A DNA stretch of 64,000 bases from a virus, in the IMG/VR virus record IMGVR_UViG_3300009103_000004, positions 103,190 through 167,189 of that record; one strand, given 5' to 3'. The position numbers and the translations under genes were made by a program. Below, piece by piece: positions 44,160-54,529 of the stretch (its first letter is position 1; every line of letters begins with the position of its first letter). The notes beneath the pieces are model-generated. The model saw only the letters and a list, made by a program, of their open reading frames with translations, was not told the DNA's origin and did no database searches.

Positions 44160-47100
44160 TTACTTAGTATTAAGATACTCCGAATCCTCTTTATTTGGTT
44201 TCATACCCCAGCGATAAGAAAAGTCAACATCTATGGCAAACTGCAATGTCCTCCCGTTGACCTCCCATGTAGTACAATCGCTCATGCATTTCTGCAATAA
44301 CTCTTTAACTTTCCAGCGTTCTGACAATGGGCTCAGTATAGTTAACGCGTCATGTAATAATATCATAGGTCTCGCGCGCATACCGTTATCCCTGAACTCC
44401 TGTATTATCATGTTTACAGCCCTGGCCATTGTAGCAGCTACTATCTCTTGCATAGGATAGTTCCTAGCTTCTCTAGTGAGTGGCGCCATAAGAGATTTAC
44501 GAGCGTTTTCACTTAAACCTTCAACACCCAAACCATGAACATGAAAATGCCTAACTCTACCCGAAATGGACCTGTAGAATCCCGGAGTCTCTACGCATGC
44601 CTCTTGTGATCTGAGAAATGCAGCAGCTACTGGAAATTTTACTTCATAAGCATCGATTAATTTGTCCCCCGTTTCTGGGTCAGGTTTAATACCTGTTATA
44701 CTCTCTATGGTGCGTTCTAACAGTTTAGGAGATGCCCCATACGGTATGGAAAACATACCAACCTTGCCTGATAATCTATCTATATCCGCATCTAAAAATT
44801 CCCGAGACTTGTTTGTCATAGTCTCAGCCATCTCCCAATGCATATCCCGTAGCGGGTGTATAACGTTATGCGTTATGGGGTCAAGCACACGAACTTCTGG
44901 ATGGTCTACAACATTACTAACTCGTGCAACATCCATGCCCTTAAATCTAAGCCATGAAATATTGTGCTCGTCAGCAAGCTTAGGACAGACTTTAACAAAG
45001 TCCTCATCGCCAGACAAACAGACATTTATCATTTCTTCGTCGCCCGATATATAAGCTAGCCCCAAAACCTCGGCAGTTTCTAGGTCAGCATCAACTAAAC
45101 ACCATCCTTCTGGAGCTTCAACACACGAGCGCAGACTATATGGTTTATCTTGTCCCAATCTTTTAAACGCAGCCTCTATGGGCCTAGTAATAGCCTTGGG
45201 ATAGTTTAACACGTTTGGGTTCCACGTTCTAGGCCTACCAGTTTCAGTAGATGCAAAGTTGCAGTGCAATCTGCCATCAGTTTGTATCCACTTATGTAAG
45301 CCTTGTTCCGTACCATCCGCATTAGGACCCTTAAGGAACATTTTAACTATGTTACCAACTGAGTTTAATTCCAAAACGCGAGCTACCAAAGGACAGCGTT
45401 CCGAGAATATCTTTATTGTTTCTTTATCAGTAGATGGAGAGAAATCAAGTTGCCTAGACTTATCCAGCTTAAGGACAGCCTCCCATGGCATTTGAATCCC
45501 ATCTTTTTTTGTAGTTTTAACAGGTTCAAAATTACGAACGCTGAAAAGCCACCTACGTTTATGCGAATCACTTCTTATATTAAATGTATGTGCCTCCCAC
45601 CAGTGTTCGAACAAAGGAATATATTCGGAATAATCATCAGGGCTCAGTAACGACTTAATCTCTGTTAGGGATTGCTGCCTGATGTCAGCTAGTAGTTCAC
45701 CAATTTCAGATTTACGAGCCGAAGAGACGTTGTCATCTAAACCAATAGGATCTGCATAACGTTTAACAATATCACTAGAATCAAACAAATCCGTATCCCA
45801 TGGTACAAAATCCAAATCAAGTTTCGGAAACTTCCATTTTTCTGAATCAAGTGCAACCCTAGCCTCGTCCAACTCAACAAGCTTTCTAAACACGATGCTA
45901 CCAGACTCGCCAAACTTTTCATAAAGTTTTTGTGCTAAAATCAAAGTAGCCTCTTGCTTTATACTCAGTCTCAGTTCGAGTATGAGAAGTGCCTCATTAT
46001 TAGTGAAGACATCCCGCATTACGTCCAAGTAAGCTTTATTTATAGGTACTCCTGTATCCGACATAGTGCGGAAAGCATTGGTCACATACGGTAGATATAT
46101 ATCAAAATAGTATTCGTGTAAGTTATCAGCGTATATTTTTTGTAGTAAAATAGGATACGCACGCATTACTACGTCAGTATCCTTGCAAGCATATGGTACT
46201 ATTATGTCGTCTGGAATACGGGCGTAGCCCTCTTCCTTTTTGATACCAAGTTTTTTCTTAGCAAGAAACAACTCCGTATCATAACGACCCAAGTCTGTAT
46301 ATTTTAATGACAAACGCTCAAGTTTTATATCCGAGTACTCATCGATTAAAAACTCAGCAAACATAGTATCAAATGCACACTTGTTATGCGTATCTACACC
46401 TAAGTGAGATTCCATCCATAAAAAGTCAGCACAGGCATTATGTGCTATAAACTTGTAACCCTCACTTAGGAACGTACCTATAGCTTTGTATATAACAGCT
46501 TCCGGCTCATCCCAAACCCATAATCCATCTTGGTCCCTAAACATTATGTAAACTGCTTTTCCTGGGGCCCAGCAAAGTTGTATGGACCTAAGCTTACCAT
46601 CTACGTGAGTCATACCACTCCACTCACAGTCAACACTCAAGATGAATGGCGCAATAGCACGTATATTACTCATCAGTTGATCCAAACCATCCTTGTCACG
46701 AACAATAGTATAGTCAGTAGCAACTCTGCCAACACCTACACCGTTCATGTCATCAACATATTTCTTAACAGCCTTGAGGTCGGTAACCGAACGGGATATG
46801 TATTCGGGTTTGTAGAAAGGTGTCGTTATCTGATCCATTACGTAAACAAGGCAATCATAGTACGAGCTGTGGAAGAACCCCCCATGCACGTCTCTAAATG
46901 TCGCCCTGAAATCTACGAAGTAATCGAATACTTGCTTTCCTAAACAAACTATGACTTTCGGCGTAACTGCTTCCAGGTCATTTTCTATCAACTTATGACA
47001 CCATCTTAGATCCTCTAGTTTGGGTCGCATCTTACGACCACGAGCTAGCGTGTATTTACAAAGGGTGGTGTAATAAATCTGCTTGGGATCAAAACCACTA

Positions 47101-47348
47101 CGCTGTAAGTTTCTTAAAAATAGATTAGACGCGGGGCCTTTCAATAGCCTCGCTGGAGATGTCCTGTCATTAGCTTCTTCATCAAGCACACAAGGCCCGA
47201 CAAACAAAACGTCGGAAGATACATCTCCTACGCCGGAAAAATGAAGAACTCCATCTATTGTCCTATTTTTATTTAACGTCTTCGGGGGAGCGGATTTACA
47301 CCACTCTGGATAGTCCCCTTTCGCCAACGGGCGTTTTACTTCTGGCAC
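44160..47348 (-). CDS. polA: family A DNA polymerase with N-terminal uracil-DNA-glycosylase-like domain and 3'-5' exonuclease
   Basis: Exo VDCE, HNACAD, YACKD; pol TETGR, motif A DADLETAE, motif B K...FSIPYG, RNYPMQ, motif C LHDAL; N-terminal DVLFVG...YYTTLCK...PKVIVCLGK is UDG family-4-like. Confidence 0.9.
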   Translation of the reverse strand: MPEVKRPLAKGDYPEWCKSAPPKTLNKNRTIDGVLHFSGVGDVSSDVLFVGPCVLDEEANDRTSPARLLKGPASNLFLRNLQRSGFDPKQIYYTTLCKYTLARGRKMRPKLEDLRWCHKLIENDLEAVTPKVIVCLGKQVFDYFVDFRATFRDVHGGFFHSSYYDCLVYVMDQITTPFYKPEYISRSVTDLKAVKKYVDDMNGVGVGRVATDYTIVRDKDGLDQLMSNIRAIAPFILSVDCEWSGMTHVDGKLRSIQLCWAPGKAVYIMFRDQDGLWVWDEPEAVIYKAIGTFLSEGYKFIAHNACADFLWMESHLGVDTHNKCAFDTMFAEFLIDEYSDIKLERLSLKYTDLGRYDTELFLAKKKLGIKKEEGYARIPDDIIVPYACKDTDVVMRAYPILLQKIYADNLHEYYFDIYLPYVTNAFRTMSDTGVPINKAYLDVMRDVFTNNEALLILELRLSIKQEATLILAQKLYEKFGESGSIVFRKLVELDEARVALDSEKWKFPKLDLDFVPWDTDLFDSSDIVKRYADPIGLDDNVSSARKSEIGELLADIRQQSLTEIKSLLSPDDYSEYIPLFEHWWEAHTFNIRSDSHKRRWLFSVRNFEPVKTTKKDGIQMPWEAVLKLDKSRQLDFSPSTDKETIKIFSERCPLVARVLELNSVGNIVKMFLKGPNADGTEQGLHKWIQTDGRLHCNFASTETGRPRTWNPNVLNYPKAITRPIEAAFKRLGQDKPYSLRSCVEAPEGWCLVDADLETAEVLGLAYISGDEEMINVCLSGDEDFVKVCPKLADEHNISWLRFKGMDVARVSNVVDHPEVRVLDPITHNVIHPLRDMHWEMAETMTNKSREFLDADIDRLSGKVGMFSIPYGASPKLLERTIESITGIKPDPETGDKLIDAYEVKFPVAAAFLRSQEACVETPGFYRSISGRVRHFHVHGLGVEGLSENARKSLMAPLTREARNYPMQEIVAATMARAVNMIIQEFRDNGMRARPMILLHDALTILSPLSERWKVKELLQKCMSDCTTWEVNGRTLQFAIDVDFSYRWGMKPNKEDSEYLNTK

Positions 47349-47563
47349 TTAGCTTTCACTTCATTGTACAACTCCATAGCTTCGGAGAGTGTACGATTAT
47401 AATCATGGCGATGCTGGTAATGCATCATACTTCTTAATCTAACAGACAAACCTTCGTCCATACTAATCCTAACCTTGTTAGCCTTGATAAGCTTAACTAA
47501 GTTTTCCAGTACTGTAACCGAGCACTGCATAATCTGTATATTCTTATCTTCATCACTTTGCAT
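47336..47563 (-). CDS. small hypothetical protein
   Basis: ORF coupled to neighbours. Confidence 0.55.
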   Translation of the reverse strand: MQSDEDKNIQIMQCSVTVLENLVKLIKANKVRISMDEGLSVRLRSMMHYQHRHDYNRTLSEAMELYNEVKAKCQK

Positions 47564-48740
47564 TTATGAAACTCCTAATTTTATTTCTTACTGTATTGTC
47601 AACAACACTGCTAGGCATGTCTCCAAAGTCATTGTACTTAGTTGGTGGTTTAATAACCTCCAACGGGATACCGTATATAGAGAGAACAGACGTAACTTCA
47701 TCCAACAGTGTCTTACTAGCAGCGTCATTCTGTATAGCAAGCATAACCTTGTCAAACCTTCTAAGTAGTTTAGCTTTTTCCAAGTTAAAATGCTTACCCA
47801 TTACAGCACAAAATGGAAGCCCAAGGCGTGCTGAATCCAAAGGTCCTTCGGTTAAACCGAGAACGCTCGTACCATTTGATTCGTTAAACTTTACAGCTGC
47901 ATCAAAACCCATGAGTGCTTTGGTTGTATCTGTACCTGGGGCGTGAATGTACTTGGCTGGGTTCCAACCCTCACCAACCTCGCCCAAAGCTACCCACTTA
48001 CCATATTCATTTTGTTCTTCCATAGGTACCCATTTTTCATAGTTAGGATGATAGTAATGTTTCTTACCACCCTCGGCAAAATCTAGAATCCTACCTTGCC
48101 AACCACGCCTAACGCCGTCCACATAGATATAAAATATAAGTCTACACTGAGGCGTTATATAGAAACCACCAGGTAATCTCTTAACCGGGTAGTCGTCTCT
48201 TGCTCGTATACAGTATGATGCACGAAATTGTTCATACAGTAACTCGGGGTCGTAGTCTCTAGATTTCACATATTTTATAACAGGGTGGCTGGCATCAAGA
48301 TCTATTATTGGAACGCACTCGCCAGGAGCTTTGGGTATCTTATTACCATGCTTATCTTCCTCCAGATTGTTATCATCCTTTTTTATTATGATCCTATGCT
48401 GTGCTCCGTCATAACCTCTACTAGTTAGGTTCTTCATGCGAAGAAGATCCGAAACCGAGTACGGCTTGTTGGTCTTCATGCACATACCACAAACGTCTGT
48501 ACCTGCTTTCCACTTATCTACATTTACAGCCAAGTGCATTTTATACAACTCACTCTGACCATAATCTTTAAGGCAAATGGGGGAAGCTAGGTAAAAGTGT
48601 ATACCACTCGCTTCCTTAGTAATTCTCACATTGCCGTGCTTGACTGATAGTTGTTGTGCGAGACGCATAACGTCTTCACTTATATCGGTCCTGCTAGCTT
48701 CAGTCATAGCAGAACTATAAGTTATTGTTGCTTCTGACAT
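47553..48740 (-). CDS. DNA primase (Toprim)
   Basis: RLIFYI...GWQGR, LTEGPLD, AVMG, QNDAAS, NDFGD. Confidence 0.8.
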   Translation of the reverse strand: MSEATITYSSAMTEASRTDISEDVMRLAQQLSVKHGNVRITKEASGIHFYLASPICLKDYGQSELYKMHLAVNVDKWKAGTDVCGMCMKTNKPYSVSDLLRMKNLTSRGYDGAQHRIIIKKDDNNLEEDKHGNKIPKAPGECVPIIDLDASHPVIKYVKSRDYDPELLYEQFRASYCIRARDDYPVKRLPGGFYITPQCRLIFYIYVDGVRRGWQGRILDFAEGGKKHYYHPNYEKWVPMEEQNEYGKWVALGEVGEGWNPAKYIHAPGTDTTKALMGFDAAVKFNESNGTSVLGLTEGPLDSARLGLPFCAVMGKHFNLEKAKLLRRFDKVMLAIQNDAASKTLLDEVTSVLSIYGIPLEVIKPPTKYNDFGDMPSSVVDNTVRNKIRSFINAK

Positions 48741-49006
48741 TATACTATCTCGGCTAAAGTTGTTTCATCGTTTATATTCTTAACACGTACGTTATTAGCC
48801 CAACCACGTAAAACATAATGTGGCTGACGCTGATCTGTCTTTGTCTCCATAGGTACTAAACAAACAATCTCATCTACGAGCAAGCACTTACCCCGCCAGT
48901 GCACTGTCATGCACTTGTTGGGTTTATTGTAGTGATACCATACTCGATATTGTCCCGGCCTACCACGATTAGGTAATACATTTGCTGACATTAGTGTAAT
49001 AAACAT
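48740..49006 (-). CDS. hypothetical phage protein
   Basis: ORF coupled to primase. Confidence 0.6.
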   Translation of the reverse strand: MFITLMSANVLPNRGRPGQYRVWYHYNKPNKCMTVHWRGKCLLVDEIVCLVPMETKTDQRQPHYVLRGWANNVRVKNINDETTLAEIV

Positions 49007-49455
49007 TCAGGTTTCTTAGCCATCTCTTCGAGTTCGCACCTATCTATAAAGTGCCCCTGCATTGGGGCACTTTGGCTGTAAGGCATATTTTCTATATCCA
49101 ATGGCCCCCCGCATAACTCCCAACAATGCGAGTGCCATAGGCGCATAGGGAGGTCAATGATCTCGAAACCAAGAACACCCCCGTAACCATCGTAATCCCC
49201 GCGCAATACTCCAACACGAGGGTTTTTATCTTTGTTAGGCAACAGGTAATCACGAAAGTTATCCTCATCGTAAATGTCTAATTCATCCAAATCGACCAAA
49301 ACAGCAACCTGGTTAAGCCATGCGCCATCTTCGCCCAAACCAATTATAGCGTACGGCCCCACGATTTCTCGCTTACAACCAACGCAACACCAAGAGAACA
49401 TTCCCATATCAGAGCTCAAATACTTCGTTATTTTCTTCTTCGTCTTTAAACTCAC
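48991..49455 (-). CDS. hypothetical protein (probable start MGMFSW)
   Basis: MGMFSWCC and GDYDGYG motifs. Confidence 0.6.
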   Translation of the reverse strand: MSLKTKKKITKYLSSDMGMFSWCCVGCKREIVGPYAIIGLGEDGAWLNQVAVLVDLDELDIYDEDNFRDYLLPNKDKNPRVGVLRGDYDGYGGVLGFEIIDLPMRLWHSHCWELCGGPLDIENMPYSQSAPMQGHFIDRCELEEMAKKPECLLH

Positions 49456-49720
49456 CTTGTTGTATTACTACTTGCGCATACTTACAGGCGTTTACTTGTG
49501 CTTGTATTTCCTTTTTGAAAATAGCTTTCTCTTCTTCAGACCAGTCGTCCCCACAAACAATATTATTTTTGTAGAAATCTGCGAGTTGTCCTACTAGATC
49601 AAAAGCTTTCTCAAGTCCCCGCTTATACGCTAAATCTTCCATCAGCGCTAGTTTACGGTTCATATCCTCCCGGCCTTTCTTAAAACCAGCGTCATAGTCA
49701 TCCATTACTTCTTCACTCAT
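49409..49720 (-). CDS. hypothetical protein
   Basis: ORF track. Confidence 0.55.
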   Translation of the reverse strand: MSEEVMDDYDAGFKKGREDMNRKLALMEDLAYKRGLEKAFDLVGQLADFYKNNIVCGDDWSEEEKAIFKKEIQAQVNACKYAQVVIQQGEFKDEEENNEVFEL

Positions 49721-49973
49721 CTCTATCTAACTCCTCATAAATTTTAATCGCATTGGCTGCCATCGCATGAACACGATCTATCGCATCCATAGGATCAGTA
49801 GCTCTCAATCTCACCTCATGCGTCTTATCATCATCAACCGATTCAAACTTAACGACGTGTGTTACAAATTCTTTCAAGTCACTTTCCGGAGTATTCGGTT
49901 CTGCAACCCAAGATCTTACGTTTTTAATTTTCACTCGATATAGGAGGTACGGTAATATCTCTGTTAATGGCAA
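49713..49973 (-). CDS. hypothetical protein (start uncertain)
   Basis: ORF track. Confidence 0.45.
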   Translation of the reverse strand: MPLTEILPYLLYRVKIKNVRSWVAEPNTPESDLKEFVTHVVKFESVDDDKTHEVRLRATDPMDAIDRVHAMAANAIKIYEELDRDE

Positions 49974-50114
49974 TGTTGCCAGAAACAGTCATTCCCTTCT
50001 CTTCAGTTTGAAACGTTAGTATCCTTACTAAATGTTCCAAACTAACTACCTTCATGCCAATAAGACCGGCATATTCATCTTCTAGTGTAATCGTTATATC
50101 CATATGGTAACCCT

Positions 50115-51125
50115 CTAGGTCTGTAATTCACGAAGTTCTGCAACTACTTTATTTAGTCGAACTTCGTAATCAGCGATTTCTTTATTTAAATTAACTATGC
50201 ACTCGTTAACTTTAACTGCTAGCTCTTCTGAGTCTAACGATAGGTCAACGGCATTGAACTGTTCACATTTGCTATCAAGGTAACCCATTATGTCCGGGGT
50301 CCTTCTGCATTCGTTCGAAACGGCATCCAATAAATCTAACAACGAGACATGTTCATATATACCCAACACTGTGTACAAATAAAACAACTTGGAGAATGCG
50401 GGATACATGACATTGGTGTTGTCATCAAAGATATACAGCTCCAATAGCTCAGCCTCGTTCAACTCATACTTAAGTTTATTATTATAAGTACAGATGGTGT
50501 TCGAACATATTGAATCAAACATAGCTTCAGTCATAGAATACGTAGCTAATTCGTTTTGCTTATCATCTATTACGTTTTCTAAGTTTTCTATTTTGGTTCT
50601 TAGTAACTCTATTTGGTATTCTATATCTGTAGATTTTAGATATCCTTGGTTTCGGGAACGTTCTTTATGTTGTTCTTTATGTATATGGATGGGCCCATAT
50701 GGGCCCGCAAAGTCATTCTCATGGGCCCATATGGGCTCATGAAGAACTATTGCCCGGTGTATTGTTTCAATATTTAATGTTATATATGTTACCTTTCCCA
50801 AATTTTCTCTGCTTATGAATTTATATTTATTTTCCAATTTACCCAGTGCACGCTTAACTTGTTTATAAGAAAGCAAAGTTTGGCTGGCTAAATCTGACGC
50901 GCTTAATCTTAACCGCTTTCCATAATACTTTTTCTTACCATTTCTCCTTGGTAGCATCCAATATACTATTTTACTGAAAACTACACATGCTGGTAAGTCT
51001 ACCGAGGTGTCTTCGCTTAATATCTTTTTAAAGATATCCGGAACCCAATCACCACGTTTGAAGTATTTATATAAAGCTTGGCTAAAACTTGACTGATAAC
51101 TTGACTCATCCTTTACTTCACTCAT
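50115..51125 (-). CDS. winged-HTH protein, replisome-organiser/initiator-like
   Basis: FSKIVYW...LSASDLASQTLLSYKQVKRALGKLE; directly downstream of DnaB-like helicase. Confidence 0.55.
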   Translation of the reverse strand: MSEVKDESSYQSSFSQALYKYFKRGDWVPDIFKKILSEDTSVDLPACVVFSKIVYWMLPRRNGKKKYYGKRLRLSASDLASQTLLSYKQVKRALGKLENKYKFISRENLGKVTYITLNIETIHRAIVLHEPIWAHENDFAGPYGPIHIHKEQHKERSRNQGYLKSTDIEYQIELLRTKIENLENVIDDKQNELATYSMTEAMFDSICSNTICTYNNKLKYELNEAELLELYIFDDNTNVMYPAFSKLFYLYTVLGIYEHVSLLDLLDAVSNECRRTPDIMGYLDSKCEQFNAVDLSLDSEELAVKVNECIVNLNKEIADYEVRLNKVVAELRELQT

Positions 51126-52516
51126 AACGAGTTAGTTGCTGTTGGACTCACAAATCTTTGAAAACCGAAGTCTCTAAGTATAGGCACAGTGCCACCAGGC
51201 CCCTTTCTAGCTTTATCTACATTTAGTTTTTGTAATAAACTTATCCCGGATTTGTCCTCATTCAATACGCTACTAATATATATGGCATTAGATGCCTTGT
51301 CTGGTATCGAGGTACATTCAGCCAGCATTGAAGAGTCACACCTACTTTTATTACTTGCCTTAACTTTGTTAAGTTGTGCAAATAATATCACAGACATGCT
51401 CAAACGTTTGGCCATGTTGTGTAGGTGTTCTGCTCCATCTAAGAACATTATCCTAAGGTCTTTATTTGCATCTTTCTTAAGAGCACCACCAAGCCAGTCA
51501 AAGATTATCACCTCTGCAGGAAATGGGTCTTCTGGGTCAGCCATGATTGCTTCTATTGCAGCATCAAGATCCTTCTCTACTGATTTACCGCTGCCATCAG
51601 ACCAATCCAAAAACCTAATATGTTCATTCAAGCTACCTAACGTATTAAGTATTTTTAAATTATACTTTCTAACGTTAGACACTTCAGGCGGTACAACCGA
51701 ACTGCCTGTACTTACGTTCTTGGTAAACAAACTAAACGGTATATCGCATTGGTTGGATAAGAACCTAGGTGTTAGTGCATTGGGTCGCTCTTCAGTGGTC
51801 ACAAATATAACTTTCCTACCAGTGTTCGCAAACTGTCCGGCTAGCTGACAAGCTAGCACGGTTTTACCCCCACCAGTAGTAGCAGCTACAACAGTTGACT
51901 CACCACACCTAAACCCTCCTCCTAGATTAGCATCCAGCATAGGTATACCCGATGGTATCAGCGCCGCTTGCTCTCTTTCATTCACCATGCTTTCTACGAA
52001 AGTGAATGAATTCTTTTCCTTTCTAGCTTTGGCTATTTTTATTCTAGTTATTTTTTCTGATAGGTCGTCTAAACTTACCTCGTATTCAGACGACTGTGTT
52101 AGGCTTACTATGTCACTAACAAGACCGGAATCAAACCATGTTTCAAATACCTCCCCCTCTATAAAGTCAACAGTCGCAGTGGTTGCTCTGTTATACAGAT
52201 CATCTAGGTGAGTAGGAAACCCGGTTGCTTCATCAGGTAATAACTTTCCTTCCGACATACATGTTGTTATAAAATCATCAGCAAATGTACGCGGTAACGC
52301 ATTTTCGGTTGTGTTATCTCTAAACTCACAAATGCAGTCAAACAGTATTCTGTTTTTGTGATTTGTAAATTTGCTTTGTCTGGAACCTAATACTTTAGAC
52401 AGGTTCCTAATACTTTCAGAGTAATCATAGAAAAACTTTTTAGATGCTAAGAAGGCTGCTACTATTTGATTTTCTATTACTCCAGGATTATTTCTAATCG
52501 TATCTATCAAACTCAT
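51122..52516 (-). CDS. DnaB-like replicative helicase
   Basis: IPSGIPMLDANLGGGFR, AATTGGGKT, VIIFDWL, FAQLN, KARKG. Confidence 0.85.
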   Translation of the reverse strand: MSLIDTIRNNPGVIENQIVAAFLASKKFFYDYSESIRNLSKVLGSRQSKFTNHKNRILFDCICEFRDNTTENALPRTFADDFITTCMSEGKLLPDEATGFPTHLDDLYNRATTATVDFIEGEVFETWFDSGLVSDIVSLTQSSEYEVSLDDLSEKITRIKIAKARKEKNSFTFVESMVNEREQAALIPSGIPMLDANLGGGFRCGESTVVAATTGGGKTVLACQLAGQFANTGRKVIFVTTEERPNALTPRFLSNQCDIPFSLFTKNVSTGSSVVPPEVSNVRKYNLKILNTLGSLNEHIRFLDWSDGSGKSVEKDLDAAIEAIMADPEDPFPAEVIIFDWLGGALKKDANKDLRIMFLDGAEHLHNMAKRLSMSVILFAQLNKVKASNKSRCDSSMLAECTSIPDKASNAIYISSVLNEDKSGISLLQKLNVDKARKGPGGTVPILRDFGFQRFVSPTATNSL

Positions 52517-53078
52517 ATATCTTGTCGGTGTTAAATCCGAGTTCCTTAAGTGTTGTTGATATAGTCGAGTCAGACATTAGCTCTAACTTTGCAGCGTCAC
52601 AGTACTTTCTCCATATTCTAGCAGAAGTGGGTCTGAGGTATAACCTAACAAATGCCCGTACAGGCACTGTGTCCAGTAATAAATACTCATCCGCAGACAA
52701 ACCCCTGTAAGTCAAAGCAGAAAAGCATTGGGTAGATGCTGATGCTATTTCGTTTTTAATCTGTGTCTCGTCTTCTGTGCTTACACCATCAGACATATAC
52801 TTTTCGTAAGCGTCGGTTACGGCTTGTCCCCAAAGGTGGTTTATATATGGCCCGCCATGATGCTTCCCAACTTCAAACTTGAATATAGCTTTTATAAAGT
52901 TGTCAGGTGTAGCACCTAAGCTATCACATTTCATAGCGGCTTTACGCCAATTTTCAGATGTGTCTAACTTTTTGCTGGGCCTATAATTTCTGCCTATTTG
53001 TTTACTTTTTGAAGTAAAGAACAGTGACCGTAATTTTGTCGCTATGTTATCTATTGCTAGAGAATCATAATCGATCAT
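52494..53078 (-). CDS. hypothetical replication-module protein
   Basis: ORF between two helicases. Confidence 0.65.
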   Translation of the reverse strand: MIDYDSLAIDNIATKLRSLFFTSKSKQIGRNYRPSKKLDTSENWRKAAMKCDSLGATPDNFIKAIFKFEVGKHHGGPYINHLWGQAVTDAYEKYMSDGVSTEDETQIKNEIASASTQCFSALTYRGLSADEYLLLDTVPVRAFVRLYLRPTSARIWRKYCDAAKLELMSDSTISTTLKELGFNTDKIYEFDRYD

Positions 53079-53080
53079 GG

Positions 53081-54529
53081 TTAGTCCAAATGTAAATCAT
53101 TTATAGAATCAATTACTTCAACTGCGTACCCCATCTTTCCGTATGTTCTCATACGAGCGTAACAGTCGTTAATAACTTGTCTCCACATAGTACTACTATC
53201 TGAAACTGATTCACGTACATTATTTCTAGGATCATCGACACATTCAAACAACATGTCGATCAGATAACCACGTTCTTTCCCGGGCCTAACTTGTGCTAAT
53301 CTTCCGGGCTTCTGTACGCTACTTATAGAACCGCCCCCACCCGAAGTGTTTATCATAACTCGTAAGTCTGGGAATGTTACACCTTGTGCGTAAATGCTAG
53401 TGGCTATGCATCGTTTGACTTGTCCCTGTGACATCTTTTCAAACAATGCTTTCCTATCCTTGGCCTTCATCCTACTTGCAACTGCTACTTCACTGTCATC
53501 TACGAATAAAGACAGCAAGTCAGCCTGCTTTTTTTGATCTATAAAAAGTAATGTCTGCCAATCTTCTGGGATTTTGGAACGAGTTATTTCTCTTACCAAT
53601 TCAAACAAGTATTGGTTCTTCCACACAAGTTTCCTATAAGCTGCATCTCTAGTCCCACAAGACCAAGCCTCAAACGGTACCTTAATAAAGTAGACTTTAA
53701 TAGGGCAGATAGCACCCTCTTCCACTGCTTCGGTAAATGTCCGTTCTGCATGTATAGGACCTATTAGCCCTGTCATTAACTTATCAGCTCCATCGTACCT
53801 ACCCTCAAGGGTCGCTCCAAATCCGTAGATCCTTGCATTTTTAAACCTTGCTAGTAATGGTGCTCTAGATTCTGATACTGATGCGTGTGGCTCGTCTATT
53901 AACAGGAGATGTACATCATCAGGATTTAGTTTTTGCAAACTATCAAATGAGCAAACTGTTATGTCATCAGATGGTATTCTATTTCTAGAACCTGTAAATA
54001 TACCCTTAACCTCTCTGCCGGGAAGCCATTCTCGTAACTGCTCTACAAGTTGGCCCAACAAGTCTACACCCGGTGCTGCTACCACTGTTTTCACTCGTGG
54101 GAAGACCTTTGCGGTGTTGGTTATCATTATAGTTTTACCGTAACGAGTCGGAGCCTTTAACAATCCCGACTCCCCAGTGTTCAGTAATTTTTCAAATAAT
54201 TCTTGTTGGTTTAGTCTAAACCCAGTTGCCAGCGACATACGGGGCTGTGGCATTGCTCTTCTGTGATCATAAAACTCAAGTGCTTTGTTATTCTTTTGAC
54301 ATGTGCGTATAACCAAGTCCTTGAAGCCCTGCATCGTCATGATAGTCCGGTTTTCTGGACCATCATGTATTACAGTATACATTTTTTCTACACTTCTAGA
54401 GGTTTCCCTCCGGCCCTTTTGGGGATTCCAATCTAAAGATTTTTTTGTATAACTTAATACTTTTTCCAATTCTGGAAAAGAACCCATTACTGTTAAGCTT
54501 CCGCTGAACCAGTAAATTTTAACAGACAT
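53081..54529 (-). CDS. superfamily 2 helicase (UvsW-like)
   Basis: APTRYGKT, DEPH, GATL, QGVTFPDL, QKPGR. Confidence 0.85.
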   Translation of the reverse strand: MSVKIYWFSGSLTVMGSFPELEKVLSYTKKSLDWNPQKGRRETSRSVEKMYTVIHDGPENRTIMTMQGFKDLVIRTCQKNNKALEFYDHRRAMPQPRMSLATGFRLNQQELFEKLLNTGESGLLKAPTRYGKTIMITNTAKVFPRVKTVVAAPGVDLLGQLVEQLREWLPGREVKGIFTGSRNRIPSDDITVCSFDSLQKLNPDDVHLLLIDEPHASVSESRAPLLARFKNARIYGFGATLEGRYDGADKLMTGLIGPIHAERTFTEAVEEGAICPIKVYFIKVPFEAWSCGTRDAAYRKLVWKNQYLFELVREITRSKIPEDWQTLLFIDQKKQADLLSLFVDDSEVAVASRMKAKDRKALFEKMSQGQVKRCIATSIYAQGVTFPDLRVMINTSGGGGSISSVQKPGRLAQVRPGKERGYLIDMLFECVDDPRNNVRESVSDSSTMWRQVINDCYARMRTYGKMGYAVEVIDSINDLHLD

